From contig JAPLVR010000003.1 in the NCBI GenBank assembly GCA_026397015.1, positions 276,134-340,133 on the forward strand: DNA of 64,000 nt, in the 5' to 3' direction. Position 1 is the stretch's first letter; the number at the start of each line of letters is the position of its first letter. The notes below the pieces were generated by a model. It was not told the origin of the DNA. It saw nothing but the letters and a program-made list of their open reading frames with translations, and did no database searches. The stretch comes from Candidatus Iainarchaeum sp. (lineage in GTDB: Archaea; Iainarchaeota; Iainarchaeia; Iainarchaeales; JAAZKV01). The translations under genes were made by a program, and so were the position numbers. Of the stretch, positions 27,306 through 37,249 are shown one piece after another.

Positions 27306-28345
27306 TTCGACACCTTCTTTTCAACAAACCATAGCAATATTGAAGTGTTCATGAACCATGTTGCAATTACATCCCCGATTTGACCGAAGAAAAGAACCGC
27401 GGCTATTTGGAAAACTATATCAATTTGATAGAAATAGGATATTGCAAGCATTGGAATCAGTGCAGCCATCGTTGTTCCGGTCATTGTAAGCCCGGTTTTC
27501 ATGGAAATTGTTGCACGCTCGCTTGGCGTACCGCTCTTTCCTTTCAGTATGCGCGACGTAAGCATTATGTCACTGTCAACTGAGTAGCCGACTACCATCA
27601 AAAGCGTGGAAATTGTGAGCAATGAAAGCGGTATGCCCAGAAGCGCCATTCCGGTTAGGCCTGCGAGTACGTCAAAAATCATTGATTGTATTATTGCCGC
27701 AGATGGAACAACCTGCCTGAAGGAAACAAAAATTATTATCAGGAGCGCTATTGCGCCCAAAAGTGAAATGAACAGGGCCGATTCTAACGACGCCTTTCCA
27801 AGCGTCGGGGAAACTTCGCGCATCTGAAATTCTACATTTTTTCCAAGTGAGAGTTTGTCCGAAAGCATTGCCTGAATCTTTGAAGAAAATTCCTGCTTAT
27901 AGGCTGCAAGGGCACCCTGTGCCGCATTTAGGGCCGCTTTTGAATTTTGAAATGACTGCTCGGGCTTTCCAAGAGACTTCAGGGCAGAATTAGAAAATAC
28001 AATTGACTCCTGCTCGTTGTCTATTGAGGCCGCTGCCTTGGAAATAAAATCTTCGGCGGAACTTACAAAATACTCCTTGCTATATTGAATATATGCGCCG
28101 TAACCGGTGGGGGAAGAAATTGTTGAAACGGCGAGGTCGGTGAGCTGAAATTCGCTTTTCAAAATTGATTCTATCTGCGAGATCGAAAACGGGCTGCTCG
28201 AGCGGAGAACAATTACATTGCCCCCAGTAAGCTCTGTGCCCATGGGGATGCCCGGGTAAACAATTATTGCAAAAAGCATCGGAATAAGAAGTATTAGCGG
28301 AACAAGCATCATTCGCTTGTATTCGCCAGCGTAAAAATCTTTCAT
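27302..28345 (-). CDS. secF: Protein-export membrane protein SecF
   Basis: MKDFYAGEYKRMMLVPLILL...VGYSVDSDIMLTSRIL. ATGA overlap with secD. The longer track ORF (to 28657) runs through the divergent Nog1 gene and is rejected. Confidence 0.85.
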   Translation of the reverse strand: MKDFYAGEYKRMMLVPLILLIPMLFAIIVYPGIPMGTELTGGNVIVLRSSSPFSISQIESILKSEFQLTDLAVSTISSPTGYGAYIQYSKEYFVSSAEDFISKAAASIDNEQESIVFSNSALKSLGKPEQSFQNSKAALNAAQGALAAYKQEFSSKIQAMLSDKLSLGKNVEFQMREVSPTLGKASLESALFISLLGAIALLIIIFVSFRQVVPSAAIIQSMIFDVLAGLTGMALLGIPLSLLTISTLLMVVGYSVDSDIMLTSRILKGKSGTPSERATISMKTGLTMTGTTMAALIPMLAISYFYQIDIVFQIAAVLFFGQIGDVIATWFMNTSILLWFVEKKVSN

Positions 28346-28486
28346 TAAAAGACCCCGAAAAATTGCTCTATCGCTCTTAAACTTCCATAGGATTAAAAAC
28401 CTGCTAACCCTTAAATAGGTTATTGTTTGCTTTGACAAAGTTTTTATTGAAGCGCAACCTGTGCATTTATTTGGGTGAATTTTCGC

Positions 28487-29542
28487 ATGAATCTGAAGTT
28501 TTTGGAGAAACCTGAACAGCTTTTGGACAACGCTTTCAGAGCAGGAAGAAAGGAAGCATCTATTTACAAAAAACAAAAAACGCCGTTTTACACACTCAAG
28601 GGAAAAGAAATAACAAAAATTGATATTTCCGCCACATACCTTCAGGAAACGCTCCAAAAAATTGTGGAGGAGTTCCCGAGGATTGAAGAGCTTGATTCTT
28701 TTTACAGGGAATTGGTGGAATGCATAATCGATGCGGATGAAACAAGAAAGGCCCTTTCAAGCATCTCGTCTGTTTCAAAGCTGATAAAAAAACAGAAAAT
28801 AATCGCGATTACAAGACTGAAGGAACTGAATTTCGAAAAAAAATTCGAATCCGGAAAAGGAAGGAGTGGAAAAAACAGGGGTGGGGAAAAAGGAAGCGGA
28901 GGCTGGAGCTGGAACCGCGTGAAAAAAATTTCAAACGAATACTTCGGAAGGACTTCTTCGCTTGTGAAGGGGCTTCGCAAGCAAATTGAGGTTTACAACG
29001 GGGCGGCAAAAAAAATGAGGGAGCTTCCTTCAATAAGGGCAAGCGAAGAATCGATAATTCTTGCAGGTTACCCGAATGTAGGAAAGACGACGCTGCTGGG
29101 AAAAATCACGGAGTCGAAAGCGAAAGTCGCGTCATATCCATTCACAACGCAGGGGCTGAATATCGGGTATTTGAAAAAAAAGCACATTCCAATTCAGATA
29201 ATTGACACGCCCGGCTTGCTTGACAGGCCCCTTAACAGGCGAAATAAAATAGAGATGAGGGCGATTTCGGCGCTGCGGCACCTGAACGGATTGGTGGTTT
29301 TCATTGTTGACCCGCTGGAAGATTTGCCGGCGCAAAAAAATCTTTTGCTCGAAATGAAAAAACTTTTTTCCGAAAAAAAGTTTTTAATAATAATAAATAA
29401 AACGGACATAACGCCGGAAGAAATCAGGGATAAGACGGAAAAAGAATTACGCGAATTCTTGGACAGCATCGGCGGGAAAGAAAAAATTATTTTTGAGGGA
29501 AACGGGCTGGATAACCTGAAAAATGAATTGCTGTCAAACTGA
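28487..29542 (+). CDS. Nog1-like GTPase with a Gly/Lys-rich insertion
   Basis: N-terminal NOG1-type helical domain, then ILAGYPNVGKTTLLGKIT, YPFTT, DTPGLLDRP and NKTD. Insert: KFESGKGRSGKNRGGEKGSGGWSW. Confidence 0.8.
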   Translation: MNLKFLEKPEQLLDNAFRAGRKEASIYKKQKTPFYTLKGKEITKIDISATYLQETLQKIVEEFPRIEELDSFYRELVECIIDADETRKALSSISSVSKLIKKQKIIAITRLKELNFEKKFESGKGRSGKNRGGEKGSGGWSWNRVKKISNEYFGRTSSLVKGLRKQIEVYNGAAKKMRELPSIRASEESIILAGYPNVGKTTLLGKITESKAKVASYPFTTQGLNIGYLKKKHIPIQIIDTPGLLDRPLNRRNKIEMRAISALRHLNGLVVFIVDPLEDLPAQKNLLLEMKKLFSEKKFLIIINKTDITPEEIRDKTEKELREFLDSIGGKEKIIFEGNGLDNLKNELLSN

Positions 29543-29645
29543 ATAGGCACAGGCGCCAGCATTCTTTTAAAAGGATTTCAGCGGGAATATCCTTGTTGGG
29601 TCAGGCGGATTTTAATTAACTTTTCCGCTCGGCGCTGTTTTGGTG

Positions 29646-29894
29646 ATGGGAATGCATGAGGGGCTCGTACAGTTGATGGAAGAAATCCTCAGCGATAGGA
29701 CCGTTCCAAGGAATATCAGGGAAAAGGTTGAGGGCGCAATCCAGAAGGTCAAAGTAGACAATACTACTTCGCTTAGCGAGGCGATTTACATTCTGGACGA
29801 TATAAGCAGCGACATCAATATGCCTGAGCATACGCGGACGGACATTTGGCACGCAATCTCAATGATTGAGGAAGCCAAAGAAAAAATGAAGTAG
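29646..29894 (+). CDS. UPF0147 family protein (conserved archaeal small protein)
   Basis: LSDRTVPRNIREKVEGAIQKV...AIYILDDISSDINMPEHTRTDIWHAISMIE matches the UPF0147 consensus. Confidence 0.75.
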   Translation: MGMHEGLVQLMEEILSDRTVPRNIREKVEGAIQKVKVDNTTSLSEAIYILDDISSDINMPEHTRTDIWHAISMIEEAKEKMK

Positions 29895-29955
29895 TTCCCA
29901 AAGTTTCGGATTTGAAAAAATCCGCCTGGCCGACAATTCAGAAAAAGGTGTTGGG

Positions 29956-31539
29956 TTGGGCGAAGTGAAAGACGCCGGTAGCGGAGCGGAAGAAACCGAG
30001 GCGGCAAAAATATGGGATGCGCGGGCGGCTGAAAAAGGAATCTTTAATTTCGCCGAGGAGAAAGGGCTGATAATTTCAAAGGAATCCGTTGCGCTGCTTT
30101 CATCGAACGAGAACTGGAAAAAAATTTTGGAAGAGCTCGCGGACGAAGGAAATTTTCTGATTGACAATAATATTCTTGGAAAAAAAATCACTGTAACAAA
30201 AATTTCGCACGCAACCCCCGAAGTTGAAATAAGAAAAACAAGGTTTAATGCGCAGGCCAAGGAAAGGGCGCCGAATTTCAGGGTAATGGAGGAATACGAT
30301 GTTACGGGACAAAGCACTTCAGAAGGGCACATAGAAGATTTTTTGCGGCTGTTCAGAAGCAAATACGAATTGATTTCGGCGATGCTGAGAGAGAGGCACA
30401 ACCTTTCCCCTATTCCGCTGAAACAACTTGAAAAAATACAAAAAAATGAGAAAGTGGATGTAATCGGAATAATAAACAAAAAATGGGTTACAAAAAACGG
30501 CCACCTTGCTTTTGAAATCGAAGATTTGGAAAACAGGTGCATTGCGCTGATAATGGAAAAAGAAAAGGAACTTACAAAAAAAGGCGAGCATGTTCTTGAG
30601 GACAATGTTGTCGGAATAAAGGGCGCGAAATTAAGCAATGATTTCATAATAATAAACGAAATTTATTGGCCCGATTTGCCGATAAACAAGCCAAAACTTT
30701 TGAACGAAGAGGTTTATATCGGCGGAATAACCGATTTGCATGTCGGAAGCCAGCTGTTTTACGAGGACAAATTCAAAAAACTTTTGGAAAGGCTGAACGG
30801 AAAAGGGCTCGAAGGAAAAAAACTCGAACAAATGGGAAAACTGCAGTATCTGATTGTTGCGGGGGACAATGTCGCGGGCATAGGAGTTTATCCCGGCCAA
30901 CTGGATGAATTGCTGGTAAGGGATTTGTACGAGCAGTACGCTAGATTTGAAGATTTGATGATTCAGATTCCCGAATACATTCATGTTTTTGTATGCCCAG
31001 GACAGCATGACGGGGTGAGAAGGGCGGAGCCACAGCCGGCAGTCCCAAAAGAGTTTTTGCCGCGGCTCTCAAAATTGAGGAATTTTCATTTCATCTCTTC
31101 GCCGTCATGGGTGGAAATAGAGGGATTGAAAAATTTGGTTTATCACGGGGCAAGCATTCATGATCTCATAAGTAGCGTCAGCTTTTTGGAGATGAGCAAG
31201 CCGCAGGAAGGCATGGTGGAACTGCTGAAAAAAAGGGACCTCATGCCTAAGTACGGCGGAAAAAACCCGTATGTGCCGGAAAAAAAGGATTACATGGTGA
31301 TAAAGGAAATACCCGACCTGGTTTGGATAGGGGATATGCACACAAACGGATACACAACATACAAGGGAACAACCGTGCTCAATTCGGGCTGCTGGGAAGG
31401 GCAGACAACTTTTCAGGAAAAAATCGGGCACAAACCAACCCCGTGCATCTTTCCAATGATAAATCTTCAGACGCGGCAAATATACGAAACACATTTTTTG
31501 AGGGAAACGGCGGAAGAACTTGCGGAGGAAAAAAAATGA
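29956..31539 (+). CDS. dp1: DNA polymerase D small subunit (DP1; 3'-5' exonuclease, calcineurin-like phosphoesterase)
   Basis: GGITDLHVGS, LIVAGDNVAGIGVYPGQ, VCPGQHDGVRRAEPQP, HGASIHD and GDMHTNGY. There is no ATG near the 5' end; the start is TTG 29956 or GTG 29965. Confidence 0.9.
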   Translation: MGEVKDAGSGAEETEAAKIWDARAAEKGIFNFAEEKGLIISKESVALLSSNENWKKILEELADEGNFLIDNNILGKKITVTKISHATPEVEIRKTRFNAQAKERAPNFRVMEEYDVTGQSTSEGHIEDFLRLFRSKYELISAMLRERHNLSPIPLKQLEKIQKNEKVDVIGIINKKWVTKNGHLAFEIEDLENRCIALIMEKEKELTKKGEHVLEDNVVGIKGAKLSNDFIIINEIYWPDLPINKPKLLNEEVYIGGITDLHVGSQLFYEDKFKKLLERLNGKGLEGKKLEQMGKLQYLIVAGDNVAGIGVYPGQLDELLVRDLYEQYARFEDLMIQIPEYIHVFVCPGQHDGVRRAEPQPAVPKEFLPRLSKLRNFHFISSPSWVEIEGLKNLVYHGASIHDLISSVSFLEMSKPQEGMVELLKKRDLMPKYGGKNPYVPEKKDYMVIKEIPDLVWIGDMHTNGYTTYKGTTVLNSGCWEGQTTFQEKIGHKPTPCIFPMINLQTRQIYETHFLRETAEELAEEKK

Positions 31540-34500
31540 AAAATAACAACAACAGCCCAGACGAAAAAACAGGTTCAACTAATAAAATAAATTCAATTAA
31601 CAAAACAAGTTCATCTTCATCCGGTGAAAAAATTTCAATCGCTGAATTCAGGGAAGAAATGAAAATTCCCGAAATAGGGTTTGCATGCAACGCCCAAATA
31701 AAAAAATATTTTGAAAAAATCCAGCTGGATACTTACAGCGCGCTAAAGGTCGCAAGACAGGCGAGGGCAAAAGGGCTTGATACGAGCATGGAAGTTGAGA
31801 CTACGCCGACGCTGGACCTCGCGGACAGGGCAGAAACAATCATAGGATTGCCGGGCTTGGCGAGAAGATACAGGGAAGTTTTTGCGCAGAAAAAGGACAG
31901 AAAGGAAACATACTTCCAGCTTTTCAGGGAAATTTTGGAACAAAAGTGGTGCTCAATTCCGGATGTGCAAAAGAGAGTTGAGATAGGAATAAAAGCGTGC
32001 CTGCTAATAGAAACGGAAGGCGTGGTTGTGGCGCCGCTTGACGGAGTGCCAAAAATAGAAATAAACTCTAATCCGGATGGAAGCAAATATATTGACATTT
32101 ATTATGCGGGGCCGATAAGAGCCGCGGGAGGATCTGCCGCGGTAATGCCCCTCATACTCGGGGATTATGCGAGGCAGCTTCTTGGAATCGACAAATACAA
32201 GCCCACAAACGACGAAGTTGAGAGGTATGTTGAAGAAATCGACATTTACCAAAACGAAATTTTTTCAAGGCAATACAAAATTCCGGCGGAAGAAATAAGA
32301 ATAATTGTAACCAACTGCCCCGTTTGCATCAACGGCATGCCAACCGAAGAGAACGAAGTTTCTGTTTACCGCGATTTGAAAAGAATTCCCACCAACAGAG
32401 TCCGAGGCGGAGTCGGATTAGTTATTTCGGAAGGGCTCGGGCTGAAAGCATCATGGGTCATGAAAACGGCGAAAAAACAGGGATTGGACTGGAGCTTTCT
32501 TGAAAAAATAATAAAGGTTGAAAAAACCCAGACAAAAATTGAAATCGTTCCGAACAAAAAAATTCTTGACGGATTGGCTGCTGGAAGACCGATACTTGCA
32601 TATCCGAGCGCGTGGGGCGGCTTTCGGCTCAGATACGGAAGGGGAAGAAACACCGGAATAATGGCGAAAGCCATCAATCCGGCTTCGATGGTAATATTTG
32701 ATGAATTTATTGCGGTTGGAACGCACGGAAAGCTTGAAAGGCCGGGAAAAGCAACGCAATTTTTTCCGTGCACAACAATTGACGGGCCGATTGTATTGCT
32801 TGACGATGATTCCGTAGTAAGAGTGAATGACACAAAAAAAGCAAACGAAGTAAAGGCGAGATTAAAAAAAATTCTTTACATAGGAGATCTCCTTTCGAGC
32901 TACGGCGATTTCAGGAAAAGCGCCCACCCGCTGATTCCTGCAGGGTATTGCGAAGAATGGTGGCTTGAAGAACTAAAAGAAGCAGTTAAGGACGGAACAA
33001 AGATGAAAGAACTGAAAAAACTCGGGCTCGAAAAAACTTTGAAGGAATGCAGAAATGTTTCGCAGGAGGAGGCAATTGCGATTTCGAGAAAGTTCGGCAT
33101 TCCATTACACCCGAAGTGGCTGCATTTTTACAGGGCGATAAACGAAAAGGAAATTGTTTTACTGCACAATAAATTGCTGGGCGCCAGGCTTGAAAAAGAA
33201 AATGAAAAAGTGAAAAGGATTGTTGCGGAAAATGATTTGGAACTGAAAAGATTTTTGGACGGAATAGGCCTGCCCCACCACTTTGAAAACGAAAAAATAA
33301 TAATTGATGAATTTGCCGAAAGCGTTGCCTCGACTTTTGCGCTTGAAAGCGGGCAAAAATCAATCAACACTGAAGAAAAAGTAGAAAATGTTTTGGATTA
33401 TTTGAGCAAAATTTCTGGAATGAAAATAATGGACAAAGCAGGTTCGTTCATCGGCGGAAGGATGGGCAGGCCCGAACAGGCGAAGCCGAGGGAAATGAAG
33501 GGAAACCCGCACGTGCTTTTCCCAATCGGCATGAAAGGGGGAAGCACGAGAAGCATCAACAAGGCGATTGATGAAGAATATAACCCGGGGGGAAAGGTAA
33601 CGGTCGAAATTTCAGAATACAAATGCGCAAAATGCGGAAAAATAGTGCACATACCATATTGTCCGGATTGCAATGTAAGAACAAAAAAAATGAAGTATTG
33701 CCCGAAGTGCAAGTCAACAGTGGCGGGGGAAAAATGCTACAAGTGCGGAGCGGAAACGGTTGAAGCGGGGGAGCACGAAGTCGCCCTGAGAAAAATGTTC
33801 GAGAAGGCGAAGGAAAGGCTCCGCGTAAGTATTCCCGAAACATTTAAAGGGGTCAAGGGAATGATTTCGGAAACGAAAGAAGTGGAGCCGCTGGAAAAAG
33901 GAATATTAAGGGCGAGGCACGATGTCCACATGTTTAGGGATGGAACTTCGAGATTCGAATTGCTGAACGCGACAATAACCCATTTCAAGCCGAAAGAAAT
34001 AAGCATGAGCGTCGAAAAAGCCATGGAATTAGGCTATGAAAAAGACATTTACGGAAATGAAATAACGAGCGACGAACAAATTGTTGAAATTTTTCCGCAG
34101 GACATCATCGTGCATGAATCGTGCGGGAACTGGCTTGTTAATATGAGCCAGTTCATCGATGAGTTGCTTGAAAGATTCTATGAGATTGACAGGTTCTACA
34201 ACGCGAAAACAAAAGAGGACCTCATCGGGCAACTGACACTCGGCCTGGCGCCGCACACATCCGCGGCTGTCGTGGGAAGAATAATCGGGTACACTAAGGC
34301 AAGGCTCGGATTCGGGCACCCGTATTTTGTGTGCGCAAAAAGGAGAAATGTTGACGGGGACCAGGATTCGCTGATTTTGCTGATGGATGCATTAGTAAAT
34401 TTCTCACAAAAATATTTGTCGCTGAAAAGCGGCGGTAGGATGGATGCGCCGCTCGTTTTTACAACAATAATAAATCCAGAAGAGGTTGACAACGAGGTTC

Positions 34501-35105
34501 ATGAAATGGAAACCTGCTGCAATTATCCGCGCGAGTTCTACGAATCCGCGGCAAAAATATGCGAACCATCTCTTGAAAACCTGAGCATCGAAATTGTGAA
34601 ATCAAGGCTCGGGAAGCCCGCCCAATACAGCGGGTTCGGATACACTCATGAAACGGACATCTTTGACGAGGGACCGAAAACTTCGCGTTATATCCAGTTG
34701 AAAACGATGGATGAAAAGATACAGATGCAAAATATTTTGCAGAAAAAAATAGTTGCAGTTGATGCAAGGGACTGCCTCGAGAGGGTAATGGCGTCCCACT
34801 TCCTGCCGGACATAATCGGAAACGCAAGGGCTTTTTCCAGGCAAACATTCAGGTGCACTTATTGTAACGAAAAATACAGGCGGATTCCTCTGTGCGGAAA
34901 GTGCTACAAGTGCGGAAAAAACACGTTAATACTTACAATCAATCAGGGCGGGGTAAGGAAGTACCTGAAGATTGCGCAGAGAATGGCGAAGCAGGAACAC
35001 CTCTCAGCATATCTTATCCAGCGTCTTGACATGATTGAGAAAGAAATTGATTCGGTTTTCAAGGATGAGAGGGCGCAGCAAAAAAGTTTGTTCGAATTTG
35101 TTTAA
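31536..35105 (+). CDS. dp2: DNA polymerase D large subunit (DP2)
   Basis: 1189 aa from ATG 31536 (ATGA overlap with DP1). IYYAGPIRAAGGSAAV, RYGRGRNTG, LAPHTSAAVVGRIIGY, DGDQDS and Cys clusters. No intein-sized insertion. Confidence 0.92.
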   Translation: MKNNNNSPDEKTGSTNKINSINKTSSSSSGEKISIAEFREEMKIPEIGFACNAQIKKYFEKIQLDTYSALKVARQARAKGLDTSMEVETTPTLDLADRAETIIGLPGLARRYREVFAQKKDRKETYFQLFREILEQKWCSIPDVQKRVEIGIKACLLIETEGVVVAPLDGVPKIEINSNPDGSKYIDIYYAGPIRAAGGSAAVMPLILGDYARQLLGIDKYKPTNDEVERYVEEIDIYQNEIFSRQYKIPAEEIRIIVTNCPVCINGMPTEENEVSVYRDLKRIPTNRVRGGVGLVISEGLGLKASWVMKTAKKQGLDWSFLEKIIKVEKTQTKIEIVPNKKILDGLAAGRPILAYPSAWGGFRLRYGRGRNTGIMAKAINPASMVIFDEFIAVGTHGKLERPGKATQFFPCTTIDGPIVLLDDDSVVRVNDTKKANEVKARLKKILYIGDLLSSYGDFRKSAHPLIPAGYCEEWWLEELKEAVKDGTKMKELKKLGLEKTLKECRNVSQEEAIAISRKFGIPLHPKWLHFYRAINEKEIVLLHNKLLGARLEKENEKVKRIVAENDLELKRFLDGIGLPHHFENEKIIIDEFAESVASTFALESGQKSINTEEKVENVLDYLSKISGMKIMDKAGSFIGGRMGRPEQAKPREMKGNPHVLFPIGMKGGSTRSINKAIDEEYNPGGKVTVEISEYKCAKCGKIVHIPYCPDCNVRTKKMKYCPKCKSTVAGEKCYKCGAETVEAGEHEVALRKMFEKAKERLRVSIPETFKGVKGMISETKEVEPLEKGILRARHDVHMFRDGTSRFELLNATITHFKPKEISMSVEKAMELGYEKDIYGNEITSDEQIVEIFPQDIIVHESCGNWLVNMSQFIDELLERFYEIDRFYNAKTKEDLIGQLTLGLAPHTSAAVVGRIIGYTKARLGFGHPYFVCAKRRNVDGDQDSLILLMDALVNFSQKYLSLKSGGRMDAPLVFTTIINPEEVDNEVHEMETCCNYPREFYESAAKICEPSLENLSIEIVKSRLGKPAQYSGFGYTHETDIFDEGPKTSRYIQLKTMDEKIQMQNILQKKIVAVDARDCLERVMASHFLPDIIGNARAFSRQTFRCTYCNEKYRRIPLCGKCYKCGKNTLILTINQGGVRKYLKIAQRMAKQEHLSAYLIQRLDMIEKEIDSVFKDERAQQKSLFEFV

Positions 35106-35116
35106 ACTGAACAAAA

Positions 35117-36427
35117 CTATTTGAACAATTCTTTTTCAAGCGCGCTTTTTATTCTTTCGGCGTCGAAGCCGAGTTTTATCAGCCTTGTCTGCCCCCTGAT
35201 TCCCTTTCCCGACGCCGTAATTAAAATCAAGCCGTACATTTCAAGCTCATTAATGTATTGCCTATACCACCTGCTTGTAATTGTCCTTCTGCCGAGGTGC
35301 TTTGCCATCTCGCAATAAGTTTCGAAAATTTCTCCGGAAAACAAGGTGCCCTCTTCTATTTCGCCTGTTATGCGCCTGCTTCCCTTGTGCTGAATGGTCA
35401 TTGCTGAAATTGAATAAAGAACAAGTTGCTGCTGTCCTGGCAAAGTTGAAACCATCGAGAGGATTATTTCCTCTTCAACGCTTGCCTTCGCCTTCTCAAC
35501 GTGCTGCTCGACAACCAGCACAGCTTTTTCTGAATCGGCGATTTCGCCGGCGCGCTGCATCAGCATTACCGCTGTTCTTGCGTCGCCGGATTCCTGCGCC
35601 GCCAAAGCAGCGACTAGGGAAATCGAAGAGTCGGAAACTGCTTTCGGTTTGAAGGCTTTTTCACAGCGCTCGACCAAAATTTCTTTCAGCTCATTCGCAT
35701 TATAGGGGGAAAAAACAAGTTCCTTTTCGCAAAGGGAACTTTTCGTCCGCGGATCGAGCTTTTCTTTGAACATCAGATTGTTTGAAATCCCGATTAGGGT
35801 TATGGAACCTTTTCCAAGCTCGTCGTTCCCGCGCGTGAGCGAATAAACCAGTTCGTCCAAATCCTTTACTTTGTCGATTTCATCAAGCACCAAAATCAGG
35901 TGTGCGGAATTGGCTTCACAAAAATCAAGAATTTTTTCGTAAATAAATGAAACGCTGTAGCCCAAAAAATCTTTTGAAGGGTAAAATGATTTTGCAACTT
36001 TCAAAAGAACCTTGTATTTTGAGGGGTGGTTTCTGCAGTTAATGTACGCGGAGAAAACCGGAAGGCTCTGTTTTGAAACAAATTCGGTGAGCTGCTCAAG
36101 AACGTGCTTCACAGTGGCTGTTTTTCCGGTGCCGGTTTTTCCATAGAGAAAAATATTGTTCGGCTTCGTTCCTTTTATCGACGGGCTCAAATCGGAACTG
36201 ATTTCATCTATCTGTTTCTCCCTGAACGGAAGCTTTTCTGGAATGTAGTGCTGCGAAATTATCTCCTTGTTGGCGAAAACGGAGGCATTTAAAAGCCGCC
36301 TTTCAAAAACATTTTTCACGATTTCAGATATCTCAGATTTGGCCTTGGATTCAACTATTCCAGATTCAAGCACTTCCGCGTCTGATTCAGCGCGGAGCGA
36401 AAGCGATAAATTACTCATACCATTCAT
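35117..36427 (-). CDS. cdc6: Orc1/Cdc6 replication initiator
   Basis: Walker A FLYGKTGTGKTATV, Walker B LILVLDEIDKV, and a C-terminal winged helix. ATG at 36427 or 36418. Convergent with dp2, 11 nt apart. Confidence 0.9.
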   Translation of the reverse strand: MNGMSNLSLSLRAESDAEVLESGIVESKAKSEISEIVKNVFERRLLNASVFANKEIISQHYIPEKLPFREKQIDEISSDLSPSIKGTKPNNIFLYGKTGTGKTATVKHVLEQLTEFVSKQSLPVFSAYINCRNHPSKYKVLLKVAKSFYPSKDFLGYSVSFIYEKILDFCEANSAHLILVLDEIDKVKDLDELVYSLTRGNDELGKGSITLIGISNNLMFKEKLDPRTKSSLCEKELVFSPYNANELKEILVERCEKAFKPKAVSDSSISLVAALAAQESGDARTAVMLMQRAGEIADSEKAVLVVEQHVEKAKASVEEEIILSMVSTLPGQQQLVLYSISAMTIQHKGSRRITGEIEEGTLFSGEIFETYCEMAKHLGRRTITSRWYRQYINELEMYGLILITASGKGIRGQTRLIKLGFDAERIKSALEKELFK

Positions 36428-36879
36428 AAGCCCACCAACCCACACAAATAAAAAACTTAAAACCTTCGCGTTCCGAAACTTCAATTTGAAGGCCAAAAAA
36501 CCAAGGCTTAGTTCCAATAATTTACTTCCACTAATAGACGCGGGCGAAAAATTAATACCTTTGGGGTTTGGAAACCGAATGAATTCCCTTTCCTTTCAAA
36601 GCAAAACCAAATAAACATAAAAAAAATTGGGAAAAATTTTGAAAATTCAAAAAAAAATCTAAAAAAAGCAAAAAATTTTAAAAAAAACAAGAAAAATTAA
36701 TTTTTTCAAGATTTCTCGTAAAAGTATTGCTTTTATATTTTTCGCACAGGGGATTTATTGCATTAGACGGGTTTAATGCCTGTTTGAGGCGAACTGGATA
36801 GGACTTTGTGGAAGCCAACAAATGGGCTTATATACATTTTGCACAAGGGAAATCCATACAAAAGCGCTTTTAACGCGGG
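36428..36879. other. Candidate replication origin (oriC) between cdc6 and sepF
   Basis: Largest spacer in the window. It contains a roughly 120-bp A-tract-rich segment (about 36600-36720), which is flanked by inverted CTTCCAC[T/A]AA copies at 36525-36534 (+) and 36805-36814 (-). Direct repeats GCACA[G/A]GGGA lie at 36744-36753 and 36841-36850. The palindrome CTTCAATTTGAAG lies at 36479-36491. Confidence 0.45.
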
Positions 36880-37239
36880 GTGGTCATTTTGGGTTTGTTT
36901 AACAAAGTAATGTCGAAGCAGGACTCTGACATAGAAGAATTTTTGAATACTATTGACGAGGAGCCTGAAGAAAATTACGAAGACGCTGACGCTTTCGTAA
37001 AGCCTATGGACCTTATTTCAGAGGCGGACGCAACGGCAATAATCAAGGAAGCAAAATCCGGGAATATTGTTCTGGTAAATATTGATGATTTGTCGAGGAG
37101 AAACAGCGTAAAGCTGAAAGAGCTCATTGGAAGAATAAAGCGGGAAATAAAGCTTATTGACGGCGATCTGGCAAGAATTTCACAGGAAAGAATAATTGTT
37201 ACGCCATCAAAAGTAAAAATAATCAAAAGAAGGCAGTGA
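36880..37239 (+). CDS. sepF: Cell division protein SepF homologue (DUF552), GTG start
   Basis: N-terminal amphipathic ILGLFNKV (membrane-targeting type), an acidic linker, then KEAKSGNIVLVNIDDLSRRNSVKLKELIGRIKREIKLIDGDLARISQERIIVTPSKVKI. Confidence 0.7.
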   Translation: MVILGLFNKVMSKQDSDIEEFLNTIDEEPEENYEDADAFVKPMDLISEADATAIIKEAKSGNIVLVNIDDLSRRNSVKLKELIGRIKREIKLIDGDLARISQERIIVTPSKVKIIKRRQ

Positions 37240-37249
37240 GGCGAGGGCG

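Noticed and set aside
28346-28657. 104-codon N-terminal extension of the secF ORF on the track (27302-28657).
   Set aside because: The extension is Cys/Phe-rich, unlike SecF, and overlaps the divergent Nog1 gene and its promoter. ATG 28345 gives the canonical SecF N-terminus (MKDFYAGEYKRMMLVPLILL...).
31323-31535. 71-codon N-terminal extension of the PolD large-subunit ORF; likewise 8801-8971 for aIF2-gamma and 36428-36517 for cdc6.
   Set aside because: The extensions overlap the preceding gene in another frame or cover structured or AT-rich spacers. Internal ATGs (31536 with an ATGA overlap; 8972 with an SD; 36427/36418) give standard N-termini.
31536-35105. Inteins in the usual archaeal hosts (PolD large subunit, aIF5B, Hel308, Cdc6).
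   Set aside because: All four have ordinary lengths (1189, 587, 696 and about 436 aa) and contiguous conserved motifs. No Cys/Ser...HN-Cys/Ser/Thr-bounded insertion is present. The only LAGLIDADG sequence in the window is the free-standing ORF at 17012-18001.
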